From positions 648,630-712,629 of the forward strand of contig CAYOFQ010000001.1 in NCBI GenBank assembly GCA_964403585.1: DNA of 64,000 nt, given 5' to 3'. This document shows positions 54,452 to 64,000 of this stretch, in pieces (the first letter of the stretch is position 1; the number at the start of each line of letters is the position of its first letter). The notes beneath the pieces are model-generated. The model was not told the DNA's origin. It saw nothing but the letters and a program-made list of their open reading frames with translations, and did no database searches. This DNA comes from an uncultured Gammaproteobacteria bacterium. Lineage in GTDB: Bacteria; Patescibacteriota; Microgenomatia; JALYQM01. A program made the translations under genes and the position numbers.

Positions 54452-56425
54452 TTATTTCCAACTTGGTAGCCAATAATAATTCTCGCGCTGTTTTTCCGGC
54501 ACCAGCATTCCCGTGACATGCGGATAAAGGTACCCAAAAGTCAACACTATCAAAGCCATATATACGAATACGGCAGTTCTGCCGGTACCCTTTAACTTTT
54601 TGGCAATCGTATAGAGGGCAAAGGCGAGTAATGGATAGAAAAACGTTACCGGCGGGAAAAAGTGATAGAAGAACATAATGCGCGGCGAACGTGCCCAGGG
54701 AAGCCATAATCCGGCGAAAGCCAGGAAAAATATAAACAGTGGCACAACCTTTTTCAATAACCGCTTATCATCGTCAGCTTTGGCAAAGAGTAATTCAATC
54801 AGATGTACACCAACCAAAAAGACATATAAAAGCATGCCAAATAACATTATTTGAGGCAGTGTTCCATACACAACCACACCAATCTGATCAAAGATGCTTT
54901 TTACTTCGGTAGGACGTTGATAATTAAAGTTCCATTGCATCAGCAACAGCAGAACTGCAGGTATTAAAGCATAAAACCAGGTCTTATATCTGCCAACCAG
55001 AAAGTATGCCACGACGGCCAGCGTCGGGAAAATCATCCAGAATATTGCCGGATTACCCATCGTATAGATATCACCAATCGTGCGGTCGGTGTTATATCGT
55101 GCAAAGCTTTCCTTGCAGCGCATTGAATTCGGTGTCGCAGGTTTATCATCGCCCGGGCTGCAATATTGAACGTAGAACCATACCGGGCGCAGATCCATCG
55201 GCCACATCCACCATTGTGATTGGTATCCGTGAGTTGCTTTTAAATTCGTGTGATACCACCACATCTGCTTCTGGAGACCCCACCAGATATAATACCGTTC
55301 GGCGAAATTTTTATTCATTTGATAAAGAGGCGTCCAGAATGAGATAGCTCTGGTTTTTTCTGTTATTTCCTTACGAACTTTTTTAAGGTCACAATAATCC
55401 GGAATTGATTCGTACCCCTTACATTTGTTCTCGACGATCATTTTCTCACGATCACGCAACCCCTTGAGATCGTTTGTCCATTGCTGCGACTGCATAACGT
55501 CGGTCAGAGAGTTCCCTTTATAGTCGTATATGGGTAATGTAAATAACTGCCAATACGACAACAAATAAATTACATACGGAATAAGTACCATGCACAACAC
55601 TCCGAGCAATCCCTGGCGGAGAATCAGCGTGAGGATTGCACTGATTTTTGCTTTTCGAGCGTGTTGTGAGTGGATGAAATAATAGGTAAGCGTCAGAATA
55701 TGGTAAGCTCCCAAAATCCCAATGGTGAATAACGCCGTCCACTTTGAGGCAATTGCGCATCCCAGGAAAAAACCGGTTAGTAACCAGTTGATCAGACTAA
55801 GCTGATGATTCAATAAATGCGACGGAAGAGAAGGGTCATCTTTGCGTTTAGTAAAAAAGTAGAACGCGAAGAGCAAAAACGTTACGGCAAAAATATCATT
55901 CATTGCTGTACGAGATTGTACGAGTGGTAATAAATCGAAGGTAAACAGAAATGCGCTAATTACGCCGATCCACTTATTTCTGAATACCGAAGATGAAAGC
56001 AGAAATATTGCGAATGTTCCGATCACTCCAAAAAGAGCAGGAAAAAAGCGCCAGCCAAAGCTGGAATTCGCCAGAACCTTGTTGGTTTTTTTCTCGGCCT
56101 CCTCCTGATCTTTAGTCAAAACCTGCTCAGGGTGTGTCACTTTAGTGGGGAGTTCACCGGGACCTCCAATCATCCCGACGCCCCATGACATAATAACTTT
56201 GGCCAACGGCGGATGAGTCCATTCATAGGCTACGCCATCCGGTGGGGTTTCCCACCATACCCAGGCTTCGTAGCGATTCAACGCGTACATTTTAGCCGTG
56301 AATGCATGGTAAACTTCATCAAACACATATTCCCGAATTGAACCTAATTGCCAAAAGCGAGTAAATGTACACAGAAGTAGTACTATTACAAGCCAAAACT
56401 GCCACTTTTGAATATAGTTTTTCAT
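54452..56425 (-). CDS. GT39/PMT-family (dolichyl-phosphate-mannose-protein mannosyltransferase-like) membrane glycosyltransferase
   Basis: Multi-TM, 657 aa, with PMT-family loop-1 motifs (FDEVYHAFTAKMY ... THPPLAK) matching the DE...HPPLGK signature of protein O-mannosyltransferases. Confidence 0.75.
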   Translation of the reverse strand: MKNYIQKWQFWLVIVLLLCTFTRFWQLGSIREYVFDEVYHAFTAKMYALNRYEAWVWWETPPDGVAYEWTHPPLAKVIMSWGVGMIGGPGELPTKVTHPEQVLTKDQEEAEKKTNKVLANSSFGWRFFPALFGVIGTFAIFLLSSSVFRNKWIGVISAFLFTFDLLPLVQSRTAMNDIFAVTFLLFAFYFFTKRKDDPSLPSHLLNHQLSLINWLLTGFFLGCAIASKWTALFTIGILGAYHILTLTYYFIHSQHARKAKISAILTLILRQGLLGVLCMVLIPYVIYLLSYWQLFTLPIYDYKGNSLTDVMQSQQWTNDLKGLRDREKMIVENKCKGYESIPDYCDLKKVRKEITEKTRAISFWTPLYQMNKNFAERYYIWWGLQKQMWWYHTNLKATHGYQSQWWMWPMDLRPVWFYVQYCSPGDDKPATPNSMRCKESFARYNTDRTIGDIYTMGNPAIFWMIFPTLAVVAYFLVGRYKTWFYALIPAVLLLLMQWNFNYQRPTEVKSIFDQIGVVVYGTLPQIMLFGMLLYVFLVGVHLIELLFAKADDDKRLLKKVVPLFIFFLAFAGLWLPWARSPRIMFFYHFFPPVTFFYPLLAFALYTIAKKLKGTGRTAVFVYMALIVLTFGYLYPHVTGMLVPEKQRENYYWLPSWK

Positions 56426-56435
56426 AAGCTCCCTA

Positions 56436-57779
56436 TTAGTGTGTATGAATATGTGCTAATCGTTTTAAATAATACGGCAAGGTTACAACAAAGAACAAAT
56501 AGACAAGAACTTGGATATACGACCAGGTTGACAGCACCGATTCAACAAAATGATAAAACCGGTTGCTGCTCGGAACGCTAATACGTGACTCCTGCAGGAA
56601 GTAAAGATAGAATACATACACATAATAAAGGTTAATCCAATGTAAGAGCATGGTTATTCCATAGAGTGTCCAAACTAAAACTACCGGCCAGTAACTCTTG
56701 CGGGCGGCCGGTGCCTGGTTTAAGTAATGAAAGGTGTACAAACCCGCTGCTAAAATGAAGTAGACAAAGAGCGGGAATAAATAACGCTCGTGCATGCGGG
56801 TCATAAACATCACCGCCGAAAAGATGAAGTAAGTTGCCAGAAAAGCAGCATTTTTCTCATCAAGGTAATGTTTACGCGGGTATAAATAGCGAAATCCAAA
56901 ATAGAACCCGTAACACAGAGTTATCCCCCAGGCCAGATAGCCAATTACTCGTGCGGGGAGCCCGAGGAATAGCTGATCGGTATCCGGTTTCCAGAAACCA
57001 AAAATTCCCCAGTAATTGAAGGTATTTATTGAAGTATACGGATACACATTAATCGAACTTTCCAGCAACTTCCAAACATTCTGAAGAGCGGAAATTCCAA
57101 AAAATGGCATCGTCAAAATGTAAAATGTAACAATTCCCCACAATGCCGAGCGCATTAACAGTTTGAGGTTATACTCTTTGATAAATACCAGCAAATATAA
57201 GGGTGCCAAAACCACCGCCTGGGGCTTAATGACACCGGCAATTACGTAGACTATTATTGCGGCGGAGAATGAGCGCTGTATGAGGTAATAAAAGGAAAGC
57301 AGCAGAAAAAATACGTACACTGAATCCACCTGCCCCCAGATCGCACTATTAAGGAATGTAAACGGACCAAACATATAGGCTGCCGCTACTATCTCCGGGA
57401 GGTAATACGTTTTGAGTTTTTCCCCGGAAGCATACCTGCGGGCTACCAGGCGCATTATTTTATATAAAAGGAGTCCGGTTGCGATATCAAAAATCATCGG
57501 AACGAGCTTATGCAAAAACTCATAGGCCTCCCGAGTCGCTAAGGGAAAGAATAGATGCTTAATTGCCGCGACTACCCACATAAAATACATGTAACCGGGT
57601 GCATAATCGGTCCATATCCCACTGCCATAGAATTTAGCCGGACCGGTGGTCAGCATTTGTTCGCCCCAGGCTATGAATGAGTCCATATCAGACTTGAACG
57701 GCGGAAAAGAAGCAAAGAATAGACGGACAAGAACAGCTAACCCGACAATTGTAATTATTCGTAAATGTCTCTGGATCAT
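56436..57779 (-). CDS. GT-C-type integral membrane protein (possible mannosyltransferase, DUF2029/GT87-like)
   Basis: 447 aa, about 10 TM, with an early extracytoplasmic loop carrying acidic/aromatic residues (DMDSFIAWGEQ...WTDYAPGYMYFMW). Family assignment is tentative. Confidence 0.5.
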   Translation of the reverse strand: MIQRHLRIITIVGLAVLVRLFFASFPPFKSDMDSFIAWGEQMLTTGPAKFYGSGIWTDYAPGYMYFMWVVAAIKHLFFPLATREAYEFLHKLVPMIFDIATGLLLYKIMRLVARRYASGEKLKTYYLPEIVAAAYMFGPFTFLNSAIWGQVDSVYVFFLLLSFYYLIQRSFSAAIIVYVIAGVIKPQAVVLAPLYLLVFIKEYNLKLLMRSALWGIVTFYILTMPFFGISALQNVWKLLESSINVYPYTSINTFNYWGIFGFWKPDTDQLFLGLPARVIGYLAWGITLCYGFYFGFRYLYPRKHYLDEKNAAFLATYFIFSAVMFMTRMHERYLFPLFVYFILAAGLYTFHYLNQAPAARKSYWPVVLVWTLYGITMLLHWINLYYVYVFYLYFLQESRISVPSSNRFYHFVESVLSTWSYIQVLVYLFFVVTLPYYLKRLAHIHTH

Positions 57780-57866
57780 AGTGTGAGTATTTCCTTCTTA
57801 TATATTATATCTGAAAAAAGCACCTTGTCACTTGTATGGTATTATTATTGAGAAAGGTAGGGTAGT

Positions 57867-58703
57867 ATGAAAATTCTTATCGTCGGACGAGGCTATATAG
57901 GACAACGTTGTGCAGAAAGCTGGAATGACGCAGTTATCAGTGATGTCAGAATCCAATCTGTTGACGATATGACTAAATTAATAGAGGAACACCGCCCGGA
58001 CGCTATCTTAAATACCGCCGGGGTCACAGGTAAGCCCAATGTCGACTGGTGCGAAACGAATCAGGTTCTTACCGTTAACGGCAATACACTACTTCCATGG
58101 ATGATTGCCCAGGCATGCCAAAAGCACAATGTCTATCTACTTCATGTTGGAACAGGGTGCATTTTTTACGGACCGGCTCCGGATCCAAAGGGGTGGAAAG
58201 AAGATGATTTTGCGAATCCAATCTCGGTGTATTCGAAAGCCAAATATGCAGGTGACATCATTCTCTCAACGCTGCCCAACGTCGGAATCGCCCGAATTCG
58301 CCTGCCAATCGATTATATCCCCTCGGATAAGAATCTGATTACCCGCTTTACCAAATATAAAACCATCCTTGATGTCGAAAACAGTATTACCGTTGTCGAG
58401 GATATGATGCGGGTTTTTCATGAACTCATGGAAAAGAATGCTGAGGGAATCTTTCATTGCACTCAAAAGGGGAGTATTCATTACCGCAAGTTTATCGAGC
58501 TGTACAATAAATATATTAATCCTGAAGATCAGAAGGAATTTATTACTGAGGAAGAACTGGTTAATCGCGGCAGTGTCTCCAAAAATCGTGCAACCAATAA
58601 ACTTCAGTCGTTTAATTTGGAAAAATACGGTATCCGGATGCGGGAGACGGAAGAGATTGTGGCTGAGACAATGAAGAAATATGCGGAGCAGGTAAAGAAA
58701 TAG
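57867..58703 (+). CDS. rmlD: dTDP-4-dehydrorhamnose reductase-like (RmlD substrate-binding fold) NAD(P)-dependent reductase
   Basis: Rossmann N-terminus MKILIVGRGYIG, catalytic YSKAK (YxxxK) and overall RmlD-like topology at 278 aa. Confidence 0.7.
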   Translation: MKILIVGRGYIGQRCAESWNDAVISDVRIQSVDDMTKLIEEHRPDAILNTAGVTGKPNVDWCETNQVLTVNGNTLLPWMIAQACQKHNVYLLHVGTGCIFYGPAPDPKGWKEDDFANPISVYSKAKYAGDIILSTLPNVGIARIRLPIDYIPSDKNLITRFTKYKTILDVENSITVVEDMMRVFHELMEKNAEGIFHCTQKGSIHYRKFIELYNKYINPEDQKEFITEEELVNRGSVSKNRATNKLQSFNLEKYGIRMRETEEIVAETMKKYAEQVKK

Positions 58704-58887
58704 AACTTCGCAAGCCATTGTGCTCGGCGACACGTTTAACACTTCGCTTCGCTCGTGTTTAAACCCCTTCACTTATAGCTCAGGGTCTCGGGCTCCGCAA
58801 AGTGCGTTCGCCCTCGATCTGCTTTGCCGGCTAAGGTATGGTAAAGAGGGTCGCCTAACACTAATATCTTGCTTTATGGCATGGTCT

Positions 58888-59895
58888 TTATTGGTTCTTC
58901 GCTCGCTGAGTCTTCGGGTCAACATCCGGGCGGCCCTGTTTCAACGGCTCCCACCACCAGGCATTATCTTTATACCATTCAATAGTCTCAGTAATACCTT
59001 TTTCAAAGGTATATGAAATAGTCCAACCCATATTCAACAATTTTGACGCATTAATCGAATAGCGCAGATCGTGACCAAGCCGGTGATCTATCCGTTCAAT
59101 CCAGGACTCGTCTTTGCCAAAATGCTTCAGAATTACATCGGTGATCTCACGGTTGGTATGTTCCTCGTTGCCGCCAATACAATATCGCTCTCCAATCGTT
59201 CCTTTATGAATAATAAAGTCGATTGCCCGGCAGTGGTCTTTTACATGCAACCAGTCACGGATATTCTCTCCGTTACCCATCAGGGGAAGCTTCTTTCCTT
59301 CAATTAAGTTAGTAATAAACCGGGGAATTAATTTTTCCGGATCCTGATACGGGCCATAATTATTTGAACAGTTTGAAACGGTAACCGCCAATCCATATGC
59401 AGTTCCGTAGCTAAAGGTAAGCAGGTCGGATCCGGCTTTTGATGCCGAATACGGCATGCGGGGTTTAATTGGCGAAGTCTCACTAAAAGAAGGTTCATCC
59501 AAGGTAAGTTGTCCAAAAACCTCATCGGTGGAAACATGGTGATACCGGCTCACTTTATGTCGACGAGCTGCGTCCAGTAAAACACCTGAACCCAACACAT
59601 TCGTTTTAACAAACGTCATTGGCTCCAGTAATGACCGGTCAACATGCGATTCTGCGGCAAAGTGAACAACTAAATCAACGCCCTGCATCACCTCGTCAAC
59701 CAAAGCCGCGTCGGTAATATCACCCTTAACAAAGGTATAGTTGGGATTATTCTCGATATCTTTTAAGTTGGTTAAATGTCCTGCATAGGTTAGAACATCC
59801 AGGTTTACTACAGTATCATCAGGATGATTCTCCAGCCAGTGATGAACAAAGTTAGATCCGATAAATCCTGCACCACCGGTAATGAGTACCTTCAT
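58888..59895 (-). CDS. rmlB: dTDP-glucose 4,6-dehydratase
   Basis: MKVLITGGAGFIGSNFV, catalytic YSASK and a strong RmlB-like sequence throughout (335 aa). Confidence 0.9.
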   Translation of the reverse strand: MKVLITGGAGFIGSNFVHHWLENHPDDTVVNLDVLTYAGHLTNLKDIENNPNYTFVKGDITDAALVDEVMQGVDLVVHFAAESHVDRSLLEPMTFVKTNVLGSGVLLDAARRHKVSRYHHVSTDEVFGQLTLDEPSFSETSPIKPRMPYSASKAGSDLLTFSYGTAYGLAVTVSNCSNNYGPYQDPEKLIPRFITNLIEGKKLPLMGNGENIRDWLHVKDHCRAIDFIIHKGTIGERYCIGGNEEHTNREITDVILKHFGKDESWIERIDHRLGHDLRYSINASKLLNMGWTISYTFEKGITETIEWYKDNAWWWEPLKQGRPDVDPKTQRAKNQ

Positions 59896-59902
59896 AAACC
59901 TC

Positions 59903-60982
59903 CTAAACTTGTACTTGGCATTTCTCGCCTATGAATAATTTTATAGAAGATGTCGGGCCTTCAGAATGACCGATTTCGCTTTCGGCGCCGATCAGGCTTG
60001 AGTCAATTGGTTGAGGTACGTTAAGAATCTTAACACCGTTCATAACTACACTGTTCTCAATATCACTACCTTCGATTATGCAGTTATCACTAATAGAGGT
60101 AAATGGCCCAACAAAAGCATTATTAAGGATAACATTGTCTCCAATGGTTACAGGTCCTCGAATATGAGAGTTAATAACTTGACAATTTTTTCCGATATGG
60201 ACTCTGTTCTCAATAATTGAAGTTTCATCAGGAACACTCTCTATTTTTTCCTCGAGAGTACGATCCAAAATATATTGATTTGATTCAATCCAGTCACCGA
60301 ATTTGCCCGGATCCAGCCACTTACCCTTATATTCTAAAGCTTCAACAGTATAGCCGTGTCCAAGGAGCCAATTATAAAGTTCACCAATTTCCAACTCCCC
60401 ACGGTCGGACGGCTTTAACGGATCTTCACCCCTAAATGCTTTATAAACATTCTTATCAAAGAAATATATTCCGGGAATACCAAAATTATTGGGTGGGTTC
60501 TCCGGTTTTTCAACATATTCTAGTAATTTACCACTTTCATCTAAATACGGGACACCAAGTCGTGTATTATCTTTATGTTGAACCATCGTGACTAATGCAT
60601 TATCGGAAGAACTGTCAAAACCTTTGACCAAGTCCACAATTCCATCAAGAAAAATATTATCTCCTAAATGTAGGAAAAATTTTTCATCACCGGTAAACTC
60701 TTCGCAGACCTGGATGATATTTGCTAATCCAAGAGGTTTCTCTTGTAATATATAGGTAAAGCGAACTCCCCATTGTGAACCGTCTCCGAGTAACGACTTT
60801 ACTGAGTCATAGTAAGCCGGATCATAAGTTATCGCAATTTCATTTATACCTGCTGATTTAATTGTTTCTATCGGGTAATAAATCAGAGGCTTGTTAGCGA
60901 CCGGGATAAAGTGCTTATTAGAAGAAAACGTCAATGGCCGCATGCGAGTACCACGACCACCTGTCGGTATAATTGCTTTCAT
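59903..60982 (-). CDS. rmlA: Glucose-1-phosphate thymidylyltransferase (long form with C-terminal left-handed beta-helix)
   Basis: Nucleotidyltransferase motif MKAIIPTGGRGTRMRPLT plus a C-terminal hexapeptide-repeat-like region (359 aa). Confidence 0.85.
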   Translation of the reverse strand: MKAIIPTGGRGTRMRPLTFSSNKHFIPVANKPLIYYPIETIKSAGINEIAITYDPAYYDSVKSLLGDGSQWGVRFTYILQEKPLGLANIIQVCEEFTGDEKFFLHLGDNIFLDGIVDLVKGFDSSSDNALVTMVQHKDNTRLGVPYLDESGKLLEYVEKPENPPNNFGIPGIYFFDKNVYKAFRGEDPLKPSDRGELEIGELYNWLLGHGYTVEALEYKGKWLDPGKFGDWIESNQYILDRTLEEKIESVPDETSIIENRVHIGKNCQVINSHIRGPVTIGDNVILNNAFVGPFTSISDNCIIEGSDIENSVVMNGVKILNVPQPIDSSLIGAESEIGHSEGPTSSIKLFIGEKCQVQV

Positions 60983-61015
60983 GTAGGGCTATACTATAAA
61001 CAAATGAGTAAAATG

Positions 61016-61891
61016 TCAAATCTTCCTGGCATACACAATCATATTATCTCCAAAGAAAAGGTAAAACCAGCGGTCTTTAAAAATTTTCATCATGATGCGG
61101 GAATTCATAATTCGTTCGAAGAACGGAATATTAAAATGTTTGGCGACGCGGGCGATATAAGGGAACGTTAACCATTTACCCATACTTTGTATTTTTATCA
61201 CTTCATACCCTGATTGCTTCAGCAGTTCGGTAATCGTTTTGCGCGAAAAGAAAAAGTAGTGATGCGGTGGCGCAAAAAAATGGTTATGCGTTCCAAGCAG
61301 TTTGGCATACCAGGATCCAACATCACCGGTACCAATCACCACGAGACCATTTTTTTTAACTGATTTAGCCAATTGAGTAAGATCATGTATAGGGTCAGAC
61401 AAGTGTTCGATCAGATCAAACATAATCACAACATCAAACTCTTTATTCCCAAACTGGGCTTTATGCAGCGGTGTTGTTTGAATTCGTGACTGTAAGTGCG
61501 CCGGTGCCAGTTTAGTTATAAATTCTGAGGTGTCGATACCCCACACATCATAGCCTTGTTTTTGTGCCTCATCCATAAAAAATCCGGCCGCGCAGCCCAC
61601 GTCCAAAAGAGTGCCGGCGGGCTGCAGTTGTCTAATATTAGTTAGATAGTGATCGGCATTCTTTCGCACCATCGGTTCTTCGGCTAAATAGTTGGCATAT
61701 CCGAACTTCTCGTCCTTACCCATAAAATAGCCTTCTTTATAATACTCTGCCAGGAAGGCATCATAATTGACATCGGTTTCCAAAGCAAACAAATGGCACC
61801 CGTTGCACTGCACTATCCCAAACCCGTTTTTAGTGAATTTTCTAATAAAAACACCTCCACAGCGGAGGTAACAATAGTCTAGATGCTTCAT
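61016..61891 (-). CDS. Class I SAM-dependent methyltransferase with N-terminal Cys4 zinc-ribbon
   Basis: Cys cluster CYLRCGG...CNGCH and SAM-binding motif I LLDVGCAAGFF. Cotranscribed-looking with rmlA and rmlB, since the three are contiguous on the same strand. Confidence 0.75.
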   Translation of the reverse strand: MKHLDYCYLRCGGVFIRKFTKNGFGIVQCNGCHLFALETDVNYDAFLAEYYKEGYFMGKDEKFGYANYLAEEPMVRKNADHYLTNIRQLQPAGTLLDVGCAAGFFMDEAQKQGYDVWGIDTSEFITKLAPAHLQSRIQTTPLHKAQFGNKEFDVVIMFDLIEHLSDPIHDLTQLAKSVKKNGLVVIGTGDVGSWYAKLLGTHNHFFAPPHHYFFFSRKTITELLKQSGYEVIKIQSMGKWLTFPYIARVAKHFNIPFFERIMNSRIMMKIFKDRWFYLFFGDNMIVYARKI

Positions 61892-61939
61892 TCGTAATTA
61901 TCTTGCTATTTCAAACTATAAAATTATAATAACTATATC

Positions 61940-63817
61940 ATGCTTTTATTCCTGCTGCTCATCGTTACAATTTTTCCAACAGTAATAAGCTTTTTCCTTC
62001 TCAAAAAATACATACACTCGTTTGATTATCTCGAATATCTTGCTGCATCATTTCTTATTGGCCAGCTGGGGCTGGTCGAAATAGTTTTTGTACTTTCTTT
62101 GATTTTTGGATTCACCTTACCGCTGCTAGCGGTGGTATTGCTCGCTGTTACCGGGTTCGGCTTATATAAACTGTATTATAACCGAAGCAGAGGTAGATCA
62201 TATCTGTCGGAAAGTCTTAACTCGTTAGCGACGCGTGACAAATATATTGCCATTACTTATCTGATTTTTGCCTTTATTTTTATGGCGCTACTTTCCAAAC
62301 ACATGCTGCTTGAAAAGGACTTGGGGCTCTACACCTCACACACAACCTACGGCGACTTGCCGTATCACGTTGCCATGGTTACTTCGATGAGTGAAGGGAA
62401 TTTCCCGCCTGAAAACCCCATATATAGTGGACAACGCCTGTCGTATCCGTTTCTGACGAACTTTTATTCATCCATTTTTTATAAATTAGGGATTCCGATT
62501 CAGGCGGCTCTGATCTGGCCATTATTTTTCTTCTTCTCGGCATTAACGCTCATGGCGATGGTATTCATGCGGCGCTTTTTGGGAAGTAGTGCCGGTGCGG
62601 CCTTAGGCATGAGCATGTACTACTTAAATGGCGGTATTGGCGGTTTCGCAGTCATGCGGGATGCAATGAAAATGGAGGAGTGGATTCCGGCATTGGGGGG
62701 TGCGCTTGGCGCCGACGTGGGGGTAGGTCGACTCAACATTATTTTTACCAATAACCTCAGTAGTGTATTAATCTCACAACGGTCGCTGGCTGCCGGTTTA
62801 GCTGTGCTCAGCCTGGTGGCACTCGTACTCTGGATCGCCTTTGAGAAAAAACACGTACGTAATGAATTTATCCTTACCGGGCTCGTAATCGGACTGCTGC
62901 CGCTCTGGCACACGCATACCTTAATCGCGTTAGGTATTACCCTTCCATTTTATGCGCTGATCCTGGCTTTCCTCAGGCGGTCACTGTTAGGCACAGTCAA
63001 AGAACTACTTCCCATCTTATATTTCTCAGTACCGCTCGGAGTACTGGGGATTTTGTGGCATGTCGGGCAAGTTTTCTCGGGTGGTCATTTTTTCTCGGTT
63101 AATATCGGATGGATCGTTGGCCAGGAAGGGCAACTGGCATTCTGGTACCGGAATCTATTCTTATTTTTACCGTTATTACCGGTCGGCATCTATTTCTTGA
63201 ACAGGAAGCAGTTACTATATTTCATCCCATTTTGTATTCTACTTTTGGCAGCGAATATCTATCAATTCCAACCGCTGGTGTACGACAACTATAAAATTGT
63301 GATGATGTGGCATTTGATTGCCTGCGCGGTAGTCGCTAAAGCACTAATCTCATTTGGTGTGCAGCATAAAATAGGCGTAAGCCTTAACGCACTGCTTTTT
63401 TCACTAATAATTTTTAGTGGTGTGGTACTGGTGTTGGCCGATTATGTGACTTCATATCAATTATTTGGTCCGGAGGAGATTCAACTCTCACGTTGGGTGC
63501 AGCAGGCTATCCCTGCCAAGTCGGTAGTACTATCCGGAGCACAGCATAACTCGGTTATGAACCTGGCTGGACGCAAAATATTTTTAGGGTATGGCGGCTT
63601 TATTTGGACGCAGGGTATTGATCAAACAGTCCGTGAAGCTGAAGTTCAGCGGATGTACCATGGAGATACTGAACTTATTCATAAAAATCATATTGACTAT
63701 ATTCTCGTTGGCAATTTTGAAGAGGAACACCTAACGCCCGATAAAACGTTCCTGGAAAATACGTACCCTCTTGTCGGTTCGACTGATAACTATAAAATAT
63801 ACAAAGTAAAAAAATAG
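61940..63817 (+). CDS. Large polytopic membrane protein (possible GT-C glycosyltransferase)
   Basis: 625 aa with at least 12 TM. Conserved-looking loop YGDLPYHVAMVTSMSEGNFPPENPIYSG. Family not established. Confidence 0.5.
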   Translation: MLLFLLLIVTIFPTVISFFLLKKYIHSFDYLEYLAASFLIGQLGLVEIVFVLSLIFGFTLPLLAVVLLAVTGFGLYKLYYNRSRGRSYLSESLNSLATRDKYIAITYLIFAFIFMALLSKHMLLEKDLGLYTSHTTYGDLPYHVAMVTSMSEGNFPPENPIYSGQRLSYPFLTNFYSSIFYKLGIPIQAALIWPLFFFFSALTLMAMVFMRRFLGSSAGAALGMSMYYLNGGIGGFAVMRDAMKMEEWIPALGGALGADVGVGRLNIIFTNNLSSVLISQRSLAAGLAVLSLVALVLWIAFEKKHVRNEFILTGLVIGLLPLWHTHTLIALGITLPFYALILAFLRRSLLGTVKELLPILYFSVPLGVLGILWHVGQVFSGGHFFSVNIGWIVGQEGQLAFWYRNLFLFLPLLPVGIYFLNRKQLLYFIPFCILLLAANIYQFQPLVYDNYKIVMMWHLIACAVVAKALISFGVQHKIGVSLNALLFSLIIFSGVVLVLADYVTSYQLFGPEEIQLSRWVQQAIPAKSVVLSGAQHNSVMNLAGRKIFLGYGGFIWTQGIDQTVREAEVQRMYHGDTELIHKNHIDYILVGNFEEEHLTPDKTFLENTYPLVGSTDNYKIYKVKK

Positions 63818-63830
63818 AGTATGAACTTAA

Positions 63831-64000
63831 AAGCAGTAACAATTTCGTTAATCATCTTCACTGTGGCGTACGGAATCTACATCAATACCGCTATTTCCGG
63901 TTCAACCCCGTATAACTATTTCACCCGTCTGTCGGAAAGTTTTCTGCAGGGAAAAGTGTACCTGGAGGAAAATCCCGCCTGGCTCAACGAACTGATTCCT
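63831..64000 (+). CDS. Membrane protein, 5' partial (continues beyond window)
   Basis: ATG at 63831 and an N-terminal TM (MNLKAVTISLIIFTVAYGIYI). The ORF is open to the end of the window. Confidence 0.5.

Noticed and set aside
58704-59016. 98-aa plus-strand ORF (58720-59016) and imperfect inverted repeat GTTTAACAC...GTGTTTAAAC in the rmlD/rmlB convergent gap
   Set aside because: The ORF runs into the rmlB 3' end on the opposite strand and has no motifs. The inverted repeat is imperfect (one indel) and lacks flanking T-tracts, so it is at most a weak convergent terminator and is not reported as a feature.

Overview
The window is about 45% GC and densely coded, mostly on the + strand in the first 50 kb. 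It looks like the chromosome of an uncultivated bacterium, possibly Patescibacteria/CPR-like; this is inference from the gene content and the many small secreted or membrane hypothetical proteins. Recognisable housekeeping genes are gatC-gatA-gatB, dnaE, rplS, rnhB, yraN, typA/bipA, lexA, uvrB/uvrA/uvrC (scattered, not one operon), secG, clpP, an IMPDH/GMP-reductase-family enzyme, a miaB-family gene, htpX and lemA, plus five tRNAs (Asp-GTC, Glu-CTC, Lys-TTT, Arg-TCG, Lys-CTT). Between them sit many signal-peptide or TM-anchored proteins with Thr/Pro-rich linkers, including a LysM protein, an LPXTG-type protein, two paralogous secreted proteins, a transglutaminase-like protein and several lipoproteins. 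The 3' third (54.4-64 kb) is a cell-envelope glycosylation cluster: a GT39/PMT-like O-mannosyltransferase, further GT-C-type membrane proteins, rmlA, rmlB, an rmlD-like gene and a methyltransferase. The features that most merit follow-up are listed below. (1) A three-gene module at 25.1-29.5 kb: an Enzyme-I/PEP-utilizing-like protein, an enolase-like protein that appears to have lost most catalytic residues, and an iPGM with an apparent Ser-to-Thr nucleophile substitution. (2) An uncharacterised three-gene island at 11.9-16.2 kb: a PRTase-domain fusion, a hypothetical protein, and an ABC-NBD protein with large N- and C-terminal extensions. (3) An 837-aa P/Q-rich protein with REQR repeats and a ClpP/SDH-like peptidase-fold domain. 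(4) A compositional mosaic (about 30% to 63% GC) between lexA and uvrB. No CRISPR array, rRNA, transposase or integrase was seen.
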